NCBI GenBank assembly: GCA_973895155.1
Contig: OZ316894.1
Location: forward strand, 3,090,131-3,154,130
Source: Marsupella aquatica
Taxonomy: Eukaryota; Plantae; Marchantiophyta
Direction: 5' to 3'
Length of the DNA stretch: 64,000 nt
Part shown: positions 39,539 through 50,943 of the stretch, in pieces
Numbering within the stretch: the first letter of the stretch is position 1
Layout of the letters: every line of letters begins with the position of its first letter
Position numbers and translations under genes: made by a program
The notes under the pieces: generated by a model
What the model was told of the DNA's origin: nothing
The model's input: only the letters and a program-made list of their open reading frames with translations
The model's database searches: none

Positions 39539-42500
39539 AATACGGAGAAGAGTTGAAAATTTATGTGAACACCTTGGTTTTCCAAAAACTCCTTAAATAG
39601 CTGATTGTCGTCAAATTCAAGACCATTATCAAGATGGACTTCAAGAATAGAAGATTTGTATTGAGTAGTTACCATTTGAAAAAACTTTAGAATCAGCACC
39701 AATGCCTCATTCTTGTACGTCAAGGTTGTGGTCCACCGGTTGCTGGAGAAACCATCAGTAATGACAAGAAAATAATGCTTGTCACCAATGCCGGGAGTAT
39801 ATATTTTTCCGCAAAGATTGAAATGAACCTTTTGAAACAAGGTTGTAGCACGAGCATGTGAAAAATGTGAAATAATCCGAGTAGACTTGGCCAGGGCACA
39901 CACTTCACAGTGTCAAAATGGAGTAGAGTCAGAAAGTGTAATATCAAGATGTTGAAGAAGAGTATGAATGCCAGCTGGATGAAGGTGTGCCAATCTTCGA
40001 TGCCAGATATTGATATCATCAGACTGTGAATGAGAAGATATTGCCAGCTGAGTAGCTGGTAAAATCATGAAAGTCTTCAGGCCATTGTGTTTCTTGATGG
40101 TAGCAAATTTGTTACCCGTAGGAGGAGAGTGAATGAACTTCTGAAGCTCTTCGTTCCAAAAAATACAACATTGCTCAAGTAGATCTTCAGAAATGGTGTT
40201 AAGAAAACTGGATTGCATGTATTGAACGTTACTAAGTTCCGTTTCCTTGGAAGAACCATCAGATTGTTGTATTTGAAGGACGACTGAGCCTCGACCAGGG
40301 GAAATAGTAGATCTTGAACCGGTATTGATCGGAAGGGGATCAGGATTGTACGTCGTAAAACTGGCACGATTGTTACAGAAATGATGACTAGCGCCCAAAT
40401 CAGCAATCCAAACGTCAGGATGGAGACCAGGGATTCATTGATGATTAAAAGCAACATGAAGGTTGCGAGAGAAAAGATTGACAATCTCTTCTTTATGAAG
40501 ATGGGACGGAGTAGTAGTAGAGACAGAAGGAACGGAGGAAGAGGCAACACTGAGTACAAAATGATTAGCAGGGACACGGGTTTGCAATCGTTTTAAAATG
40601 CTTGGATGAGGCTGCCAGCCTTCAAGCCTGATATGTGTGTGTTTGTAAAAACAACAATCATCTCTATGACCAAGAATGCTACAAAAAGTACATGTATCAC
40701 GTTTCAAAGGTTTCTTGGAAGATGACGAGACGGTAGGCAACGTAGAAACAACTGGAGGATTAGGAACGAAGAAGTAGTCTGGAGTTGGAAAACAGAAGAG
40801 GCTAATGCATTGTCCTGTTCCAAATTCAGTCGCCAACATTTGTCCGTAAGTTCACGAATAAGAGCAGCAAGAGATGGAAGTGTCTTCAGTGAAGTGAGCA
40901 TCTGCTCCCGCTTAGAGAAAGACCAGTTTGAAAAGTGATGTTCTACACTGCTTATAAAAACAATGTAAAAGTTTGATGTCGTCATAAAGCTTAATACCAA
41001 CACTCTGAACACGCTCCAATGCTGATCGATAAGTATTGCAGTATTCTTCTATCGGTTCTCCATTATAAAGCATTTTAGCATAATGTGCCCAAATGTCAAA
41101 TTTCTGGATAATTCCTTTAGAAGCGAAGGCATCAGCCAGGTTAGTCCAGCATTCTTGAGCAGTTGTAGCATGATCGAGGGAGAACTGAATGCTTTTGGAA
41201 CAAGTGGAAAGAATTATGTTCCTGGCCTGCGCTTCCTTAAGATCATGAGTATAAAGTCGTTCTTGGAAAACATAATCAAGTTTGGCAGGGCATTGGATAG
41301 GAGCGATGGCAATGCCATCGATGGATTTCCAGACACTGGAAGCACGAATAGTTGCACTGCTGTTATGTTTCCAAGATTTGTAGTTAGAACTACCTAGGAG
41401 GTGTGGGACCAAATGAATCTTGTAGCCTCCTGTGAAATTGGAAGGCATGATGTATGAAAATAGTGACGCAAAAAACTCCAGATGCAGAAAAACTAGCGGA
41501 AACCAGCAAGAACTACTGCTTAGTGACAAGAAATCACTCAGACTAGAACGCAAGGATTAGTTGCGAAAGAGCGTGTAAACTTCAACTGGCCTATAACCTG
41601 TGATTGAAAGCCTGTGACAAAAAAACTCTTGCACAAAAGATGGAATGAAATAATGCGTACTGCTTTCATTCAGGAGAGAGTACATTCAAGTAGATGTCAA
41701 GATGGACATCAAGTTGTTTCCCCGGAAAAGGTGGAAGGGGAAAAAGTAAAAAACGCCAGGTGAAAAGCCAGTGGGGGCGCGCCTGGAGCAGTGTAGAAAC
41801 TAAACTAAACAGGTGTCAAGAAACAGGAGATCGACAAAAGAGGTCAAGTACATTATCAAGATGTATCAACCATTGTTTTTTAATGATATCGGTGTGCACT
41901 TTATAATGTCTCAACTACTGTTTTTTTATGCTATAGGTATGCACTTTATGATGTCTCAACCGTTTTTTAATTTTATGATATCATGCACTTTATGGTGTCT
42001 CAACCATTGTTGGTCAATTGGCTATTGGACCTCGATTCGAACTTACGGGGCGGCGAGCCAGAAAGCCGAAATATTTGCACCAGCCGAAGAATAACGAAGT
42101 GGAACTTAGCTTCAATTTCAATTGTCTGTCGATCTCTGGCCTGCCGTTCCTTTTTCCACTGGTTCCTGCTCTCGCAGAGGTCATCTCTTTCGCTCGCTTT
42201 CCCTCGCTTTCCCTTGCTCTGTCAGTTACACAGAATCCTTTTAAAGCTGCTGCTTTAGTTGGAGAGTCCTCTGGGTCCTGCCTTTGGTTGACCCGTCTGT
42301 ACGGTGTATTATTTCATATGAAGTCACTTTTCGAGAAACTAGAATAAAATCTAGCTTCAACGCATTCTTCGGTGGTCCAATGCCGACCCGATCTGTGTTA
42401 GTTAATTCCTGCGGGTGACGTTTCTAATCACCGAGACTAAATTTTACTCAATGCGTAATTCTGTCCAGAGTATGTTTCTTTCAAATTCAGGTTGCTGCAG

Positions 42501-42639
42501 AGTGCGATACCCAGGCAGCGTGATGCTTTTCTTCACCTTAAGTCAGGGGCAACAGAATGACTTCTATCTTAGTCTCTGGGTGCTCTTTATCAAGCAGAGG
42601 TGTGTTTGGTTCAAGCGCCGCCTTAGCACTCACCATCAA

Positions 42640-42985
42640 ATGTCTCTTTGGAATCTCATTGTAGATTGTAGATATATTGTCATACTAGATATATTGCCCC
42701 CAAATGTTGCCAGCCTGCTGTTTGAACTGGCTCTAAAATTGTCCAGATGTATGAAGCATGTGATGGAAAGGGTGTGAGACATGTCATGGAAGTCCTGTTG
42801 TGCTAACGTGGTCTTCCCGATATCACTGAGCCCTTGTGACCTTGGAATTTGTCAACGTTCTGCCGGCTTACTGATTTTGCTTTACTCGACATTCTGTTCT
42901 ACACGTCCTTTGATGGTGATCTTCTGAATTGCCTGCTATGATCAAGCAAGTCCTATAAAGCTGAAAACGTCCGTGTCATTATTCT
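42640..42985 (-). pseudogene. Decayed NB-ARC (NLR resistance gene) fragment
   Basis: FIGL..GLSDIGKTTLAQQDFHDMSHTLSITCFIHL resembles the NB-ARC P-loop followed by RNBS-A; stops upstream and downstream. Confidence 0.6.
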
Positions 42986-43983
42986 TTCCAGAACCACCTT
43001 TCTCCATGCTGACGTACAGAAAAATCAACTTTCTTGATCGTTGCATCTGAGTACACTCAATTGACTCTCTTATATTGCCAAAAGTCACAAAAGAGTATGA
43101 AATCTCTCTTCCATGTGGCTGCATTTCGTTTGCGATCTAGTCAGGACACGACAGTGAACAGAGGCGAGTTTGAAACTTTTCTCTTCTTTTTCCTTTCATC
43201 GAAGACTCAGAAAGAACGCAGTGAATTCACATCATGGAAGTCATCATCATCCTCTTCGACTCCTGAGCTGTGCTGGAAGAGCCCGGATATTCGAGTGCAC
43301 TCCAAGGACACCTACACATTGTAGCTAGATCGAGAGCCTGCATAAAGAAGGTGAGTCTAACGGATGAACTTGCTGATGAGCTTCTCCATTGCAGGTGATA
43401 ATTGAATTTAATGCGATTTATAGGGCACCTGAAGTAGGGCTGTAGCTCGGACAGTCGCATGGAGTAATGTACTACTGTAGCGGAGTTTCCTGTAGCTCTT
43501 GCTGACCACTCGTTTTAGGAAAGAGGCTGCTAAAATAGATCGAAGCCAAAAGATCTGGCAGCAGGATGTTGCAGACATCGAATGAAAAACAATTAAAAAA
43601 AACCAGAATAAAACCGGTCGTATAGCTTCTGAAATAGAAGACCGGCGCAAAAACATCGAGAGGCTCGAGGTCCAGGGCGAACGTTTCCCGGAAGGAAAAA
43701 GAGATACGAAGACAAAGAGATTTGCTAAAAAGATATGAAGCAAATGAAAGACAAATCTCTGCATCAATGACTTAGCGGTGTGCATAACTAGCTGAAACTT
43801 TTGCCCATCCACCCCCAAAAAATCTCCCAACACGATGGAGCAAACTCGATGCTCGATCATGTGACGAGCACGATGGAGCAAACTCGATGCTCGTCACATG
43901 ATCGAGTACGTACCGTTACCACAAGTCTAGAAAGCGAAGATGACCTTCGGTCCAATCAAAGTATACAGCTGGAGGCTGGTCAC

Positions 43984-44175
43984 CTTTCCAATGTGGAGAG
44001 CACCCTGAAGTACACAATTCTCGACAACTACATGACCTGGGGACACAACCGTTCCCCTTTCCAATGTGGAGAGCACCCTGAAGTAGATAATTCTCGACAA
44101 CTACATGATCTGGGGACACAACTGTTCCCCTTTCCAATGTGGCGAGCACCTTGAAGTAGACAATTCTCGACAACA
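43984..44175. repeat. 73-bp tandem repeat x2.6
   Basis: ctttccaatgtgg at 43984, 44057 and 44130. Confidence 0.85.
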
Positions 44176-45034
44176 ACTGTACATGAACTATGTCCAGCAC
44201 CTGCAAGTCACAAATGGCACAGAGCAACAAGCAGCAATGGGGCAGTCAACGTGGGGAGAGGAGCAACTGGGACAGCAACGACGGTAACAAGGAACCCCAA
44301 GGATTAAAGGTATCCAACAGGGCTGGAAGAGCTACTTTAGCATGGGGATGCAAAAGGCGAGTTCAGCCTTTTTACTGACCCCCATGGAAAGCTTCTTCCA
44401 AAATACATGGAAGCACTTGCTAACACATCAGCAATATTGATTACAAACAAAGTTCGTTATACAAAAAATGATAAACAAGACTAGGTGTGTTTGAGACAAG
44501 TAAAAAGAAAATTGTTAGACCTTGTAACTCTACAAACAATGGAAAAAAACTAAACAAAGAAAGGGGTGAAAAGAAAATAACCATTGGATGGATCATGATT
44601 GATTTATCAGTGTTTTCCAGTACACTATATGAGTTTTTTTATGTAGTGAGCAAATTTTGGAATAACCATTAGTATAAACTACTGTAACATTTACCAAGGG
44701 AACCTCAGAAACCCTTATTATGGACAAAAGAACACCAAGGAAACATAAAAACCCTTCAACTACTATGAATAAAAGAATACCAAAAGAATGTAAGAAACCC
44801 TTTGGCTTCTATAACACATTTTGCATGGCCTCTATGTCCATGCACAACGTTCCCCTTGTGCATGGACATCACCATGAAAAATCTACTTGTGTTTTCCCTC
44901 ATCTCCATATTCAAAGCTATTCCAGTATGCAATTCTTCATATGCTCTAACTCATTGTTGAATAACATCAACAAAAATAACCAAGGGGTTCTCTAACTAAT
45001 TTTTCTTGCTTTTAAAGCACAACTATCTATGAGA

Positions 45035-45570
45035 CAAGTATGGGTACAAAAGACATTCTCATACAATGTATGTTACGTATTGCTCTTAGCCTTGTGACTC
45101 TTGAGCTAACCACAGTTAGGCTAACTCAGGTTAGGACTTAGCTAAGGTTAGCGGTAGTGCTGTTGTGTATATAGCCAGGGCTGGTGCCAATCCCCGGTGG
45201 ATCTTCAGCTCATTGTTGGAGTGGAGCAAGAGAGAAGTAAAGGTCTCTTGCTTTCATGTGGATGTAGCCTCAGACATGAGGTGAACCATGTACTTGCTGT
45301 GTGGACTACTTTGTATGGTGTTCACATGTGCATGGTGTCTCGGGATAAGGATTATCCCCAACAATGTATACTATATTGTGCGTTACTTCAAGATTCAAAC
45401 CTTTTCCTTGTTTTTAAACCACAACTATGGGTACAAAAGACATTCTCATACAATGTATATGATATTCTGTGTGTTCAGGATTCAAACATTTTCCTTGTTT
45501 TTAAACCACAACTATGGGTACAAAAGACATTCTCATACACTGTATGACATTCTGCATGTTCAGGATTTTC
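45035..45570. repeat. 87-bp tandem repeat x~3, first unit split by a solo LTR
   Basis: tatgggtacaaaagacattctcataca at ~45039, ~45426 and ~45513. Confidence 0.8.
45071..45363 (+). mobile_element. Solo LTR of a more distant related family
   Basis: tgttacg..cccaaca; perfect TSD ATGTA; shares the gtgga(t/c)gtagcctc..gaggtgaacca block with the other LTRs. Confidence 0.82.
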
Positions 45571-46393
45571 ATTCTAGGGTCCACCTGCCTACCGAATAGT
45601 TAGCTGCTGTGAAAATTACTGATTGTTTACAAAATAAATTGCCATTTCTTAATTGAGAAAATTCAGCCGTAGATCTCGCTGAGATATTTCTTTTGAATAA
45701 TAAGTGGCCTGCTGAAATGGATGGATGAGATTGATGAAAACAGACAAAAATGGATGGCCAAGATAATAACAATTTAAATTCGATTGGACGGCCACGATCT
45801 CAGGAATTTGAATTCCACCAACAAGATTGAAGAGATTGGTTTCCATTTTTTCTCACTTAATGCTCCAAAATTTTGGCTAGTTTTAACCAGCAGGGTGAAG
45901 ATTTAGGAGAGACCTTTCTTTCAAGCCTTGGTCACATCAAACAATGGAGAGGACATCCTATGGCTGCTGGGAGGTGCAGGGATGGTTGCGCAAAGGGTTG
46001 GTTTCAAATGAGGCCTCTGGGTACCAGTGTGGGGAGTGATTTGCTTGATGGGACACCAAAATGAAACATATTACTTGATAGTACCCCTGAATATCCAGAC
46101 CGTTGATTGACCTTGAATCAACATATTGAAAAATTTGTTGAGCATAGACGACGATCGCAACGGCAAGCCCATGAACCATCCAACGCACAATAGTCGACAC
46201 AAGAGATACGTGGTTCACCTCCTTGAGGCTACGTCCACGGGAACACACAAGAGAGCTTTACTGAACTCTAAGCCCGTCGGCTATACCGAGTCTCCACAGT
46301 GTAAGCTCTCCCTATCTCTCAAGTGGCTCCATAACAATGAGCCTTGGTTCTACCTCTCCAAGCACACATGCCTCTTATGATATAGTGTGCAAC

Positions 46394-46503
46394 TTAGTTG
46401 TACCTAACCACATAGTTGTACCTAACCACGTAGTTGTACCTAACCACATAGTTGTACCTAATCACGTAGTTGTACCAACCCACGTTGTTGTACCAACCAC
46501 GTC
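46394..46503. promoter_or_regulatory. 18-bp tandem array in LTR U3 with ACCTAACC motifs (also 51552-51661)
   Basis: tagttgtacctaaccac(a/g) x~6; the regulatory role is inferred from similarity to MYB AC-elements. Confidence 0.5.
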
Positions 46504-46728
46504 ATACCTAACCTAGACGTAAGAGTAAATACCCAACAATCTTCCCCTTGACTCTGGTCTAGGGGAGAGTAATACTGCCAATATATATGATCCCTCAGCG
46601 GGAAGTTCTGGACAAAAACCAAACCGGTTTCCCTCTCTAACTAGAGCAAACCAGAACTAAGCCGTAGCCTAATACATAGGAATGAGGAAGAGCATATATC
46701 AGTAATTACAATGAATGTTAAGAAAACT

Positions 46729-49700
46729 CTACTTGTGATGCAATTGCAAAACCTGCAATATGTCACGGTGTCTAGAGAAACTCTCCAAAGGAATCACTTT
46801 GGTAAATGCGTCAACCGGGTTGAGTTTACCATCAATCTTGACTAGCTCAAACAAATTATCAAACACAGCCTGCCTGATAAAATGGTACCTAACGTCAATG
46901 TGCTTCACTCTGCTGTCCATCACCTGGTTCACAGCAAGGTGGAGCGCACTTTGACTATCACAATGGAGCTTCACATTCCCCTGTGGCAATCCCATTTCAG
47001 TGATAAGTCTATCCAACCAAATCGCTTCCTTTGCTGCTTCCGCAGCTGCAACATACTCCGCTTCTGTAGTAGACTGAGCAATACACTTCTGCAAAGTAGA
47101 CCTCCAACTTATGCATCCACCGCCAAGTGTGAACACGTATCCTGTTGTTGATCTCCTTCGGTCCAAATCTTGTCCATAGTCAGAATCTACATAGCCAATC
47201 AATGATCTAGCATTCTTTGCATTCGCATCAAATAAAAGACCATGATCCACGGTACCCTTCAAGTACCTGATAATCCACTTCACTGCTTCCCAGTGTACCT
47301 TCCCTGGATTCGACATGTACCTGCTCACCTTGCCCATAGCCATGGCAAGATCAGGTCTAGTGCAAGTCATCAAATACATGAGACTCCCCACTGCCTTGTC
47401 ATATGGAACCTTTGACATCAACCCCTTCTCTGTGTCATCCGTAGGACAGAACGCTGATGATAACTTGAAGTGTGGAGCCAACGGGGTACTTACTGGCTTG
47501 CTATTCTCCATGTTGAACCTTGCAATTACCTTCCTCGCATAACTGCTCTGCGTCAACCATAGCTTGCCAGCCTCCAAGTCCCTAGTGATCTCCATACCCA
47601 AAATCCTCTTAGCTGGCCCTAAGTCCTTCATCTTAAACTCTGCACTAAGCAGTGCCTTGAGCTTAACAATCTCAGACCTATCCTTGGCTGCAATTAGCAT
47701 GTCATCCACATAAAGTACTAAAACAATGAACCCAAAGACAACATTCTTCACCGGTTTCAAATACACACAAGGGTCAAATACACTTCTGTGAAAACCTTGT
47801 GACCGAATCCAATCGTCAAACCGCTTGTTCCACTGTCTTGGTGACTGCTTCAACCCATACAAGGATTTCAGCAATCTGCAAACTAATTCCTCCTGTCCTC
47901 TCTTCACAAAACCTAGCGGTTGTCTCATGAAGATCACCTCTTCCAATGTGCCATAGAGGAAAGCTGTGACAACATCCATCTGATCTAGGAGCAGACCAAA
48001 CATTACAACAAGTACACACAATAGTCGTATTGTAGAGTACTTAGCAACTGGTGAGAAGACCTCATTGTAATCCACACCTTTCTCTTGTGTGAATCCCTTT
48101 GCTACCAATCTAGCCTTGTAGACCTTCGATCCACCTCCTATGGAATTATCCTTCAGCTTGTAAATTCACTTGCTGTCCACCACTTGCTGACCCTTAGGCA
48201 GCTTAACAAGCTCCCAAGTTTTGTTGTCCTTTAGTGACTGCATCTCTGTTTGCATTGCTGCAGTCCACTTTTGCTTCTCCTTTGAAGCACTTGCCTCATG
48301 AAATGAAGAAGGTTCTCCTTCTTCCAAAATTAACGCATCACCCTCATCATCAGCTGTAAAATCATCCTCTTGCAGTTGAGATGAATCAACCCACTGTCCA
48401 TACCTTGATGGAGCGCGTACAGTGCGACCAGATGTTCTTCTAGCCGATGACTCCGGTTGATCTGCGTGTGCTGGTACAATTTGAAGCTCAACAACATCCA
48501 CTTGCTGCTCACCAGCATCAACAAACTCCTCTGGTTCCTCTGGCACAGGAACCAGCTCCATAATTGGAGCAACTCCTTCTCTCCGGTCATGCACCTCATA
48601 ACCAATCTCCCCCTCAACGAGATCCGGGATAGGAGATTTTCTTTTGTCAGTACGGGAGACCTGAGTATTCTCCCCCTCCTTCAATAATCTGGATTCATTG
48701 AAGGAAACATCCCTACTGACAACGAGCTTACAGGCAATAGGATCCCATAGCCTATAGGCTTTCACACCACTCTGGTACCCAAGAAAAACACATTTCCTGG
48801 AGGTAGGATCCAACTTGGTCCTATTCTGCTTTGGTGTGAGAGCATATGCATCACTTCCAAAAATTACCAAGCCATGATAGTCTGCTTGCCGCTTATAGCG
48901 CATCTCAAACGGCGTTTTGAAATTGATAGCACTAGAAGGAGAAAGATTTACCAAATAAGCTGCGGTATTGACAGCTTCTGCCCAAAATTCTTGTGGTAAA
49001 CCTGATTGGCTCAACATACTCCGTGACCGCTCCAACAGTGTCCGATTGAGCCTCTCAGCGACACCATTCTGCTGCGGAGTATAAACTGTGGTGAGATGGC
49101 GAGTTATCCCCTGTTCTGAACAGTACTCTTCAAATTCCATTGAAGTGTACTCCCCGCCGTTGTCTGACCTCAAACTCTTCACCCTTGTATCCAAACACTT
49201 GATCGTGTTTCCAGTCTGATTCTCCACCTGGGCCTTCCATTTCTTAAAAATGGACAAGACATCAGACTTATGCGTCATGAAATAAATCCACACAAATCTT
49301 GAGTAATCATCAATAAATGATACATAGTACAACTTTCCAGAGTGTGAGGGAGTCGGGGATGGACCCCACACGTCACTATGTATGTACTCAAGAACCGCTT
49401 TGGAACGATGAGTTCCAACACCAAAAGCACGACGATGCTGCTTTCCAAGAATGCAATGCTCACAAAACTCTAATTTACAAGATTGCAAATCAGAAATGAG
49501 TCCATTCTTCCGTAAGATAGCCAAACCCTTCTCACTCATGTGGCCTAGCCGTGAATGCCACAGTTGAGTCATCTCCTCGTGAGACTTGGTTACATTGGCC
49601 TCTCCACATACAGTATTGCCCTGTAACACATACAAATTCTTTTGTCTACTCCCCTTCAAAATCACTGTCTCTCCCGACCTGACTTGAAGTTCACCATCAA

Positions 49701-50001
49701 TAACGCTCCATTGATGACCATTTGAATCCAACACACCGAGTGAAATCAGATTCTTACGCATGCCAGGTACATACCTGACTCCGGACACTGTGCGCACAGC
49801 GCCATCAAACATTTGAATCTTCACAAACCCAATTCCCTCAATTTGACAGGAGTGATCATTTCCCATCAGAACTGAACCATTTGAAATAGAGTAAGAACTG
49901 AAAAACTCACGAATGTAACAAATATGAAAAGAGCAAGCACAATCAAGAATCCACACATCATCTGCTCTCCTAGATGACGTGCACAGGGCATACCCCCGGC
50001 T
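46729..50001 (-). CDS. pol: Copia Pol (protease-integrase-RT-RNase H) with one internal TGA at 48166-48168
   Basis: WILDCACSFH, WHSRLGH, SDNGGEY, QQNGVAER, SLYGLKQSPRQW, LYVDDML, KHIDVRYHFIR all in one frame; the TGA replaces the W of KW(I/V)YK. Confidence 0.92.
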
Positions 50002-50943
50002 TCATAAAACATACTCATCATTGAGTAAATCAGCTTCTCCATCAGCCCTAGCCACATTTGCCGATGAAGTTTCCGCTGCCTTTCCCTTACAGTCTCGCTT
50101 GAAGTGTCCAACTTGGTTGCACTTCCAACATGTCACCTGCCTCCTCTGAGGGGATTTACCCTTGGACTTAGATCTGGATTTAGATCTAAACTGGGTTCTA
50201 CGGTCCCCAGTTGGTCGCTGCATACTCCTCCCACGGTTAACATTGAGGGCAGCACCAGATGATGAAGGCTGTGACGTGATGTGCATCTTCTGCTGAAGAT
50301 CATCACTAAGCAGAGAACTTATCACGTCATTGTATGAAATGGTATCCCTATCACGATGCAACAACACTCGTGATAGGGACTGGTAAGATGGAGGCAATGA
50401 ACTAAGAAGCTGCAGAGCCTTCGTCTCATCATTCAAAGTCTCCCCAAGGTTTTCCAAGTCAACGACCATGTCGTTGAAAGCATCCACATGGTCTTGCAAC
50501 TTCGTACCAGATTCCTTCATCCTGAAACTCATCAGTTTGTAGGAAGTGTAGAGCCGGTTCGACAACTCCTTGCGGTGATACTTGCTCTGCAATTCCGCAA
50601 ATAAGGACATGCAATCCTTATGTGCACCCAACTGCTTGATGATGGGAGGCATGAGATAGAGTGTAACACACCACACTCCCTGCTCCTGCATGCGGTCCCA
50701 TTGTTTCTCATCAACATCGTCTTCACGAGGGCTCAGCAGTTGGCCCATCCCTGACGCATAAAGCACTCCCTTCACCTGCTTCTCCCATAGCAAGTAGTCA
50801 GAGCGCCCATCATACTTTGTCACTTCATACTTGGGTCCCCCAAGCTTGAAAGTCCCCATCTTCTTCTTTGGCACTACCGTGAGCTCCGGTAGTAGTACTG
50901 CTTCCTCCACCACACGCCGCACCGGTGATGGTATCGGTGTCAC
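50002..50943 (-). CDS. gag: Copia Gag with CCHC zinc knuckle
   Basis: KYDGRSDYLLW, LLSSLPPSY, CWKCNQVGHFKRDC; start codon uncertain. Confidence 0.9.
   Translation of the reverse strand: MTPIPSPVRRVVEEAVLLPELTVVPKKKMGTFKLGGPKYEVTKYDGRSDYLLWEKQVKGVLYASGMGQLLSPREDDVDEKQWDRMQEQGVWCVTLYLMPPIIKQLGAHKDCMSLFAELQSKYHRKELSNRLYTSYKLMSFRMKESGTKLQDHVDAFNDMVVDLENLGETLNDETKALQLLSSLPPSYQSLSRVLLHRDRDTISYNDVISSLLSDDLQQKMHITSQPSSSGAALNVNRGRSMQRPTGDRRTQFRSKSRSKSKGKSPQRRQVTCWKCNQVGHFKRDCKGKAAETSSANVARADGEADLLNDEYVL

Larger units (their letters stand above)
35745..41852 (-). mobile_element. Old degenerate full-length Ty1/copia LTR retrotransposon
   Basis: LTRs 35745-35996 and 41599-41852 (TG..CA); TSD TTATC; broken gag (CTFC..GH..C), protease (GASHHF), GAG-pre-integrase (WHRRLAH), integrase (DNGLEF, EQNGIAER), RT (ALYGLQQS, LWVDAL) and RNase H (KHIGVQWHYIRE) in copia order. 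Confidence 0.93.

Noticed and set aside
45197-45599. ORFs with 29-aa repeats
   Set aside because: Translation of an 87-bp tandem repeat plus a solo LTR
46126-46380. Near-identical small ORFs here and at 51293-51538
   Set aside because: Chance frames inside the two LTRs
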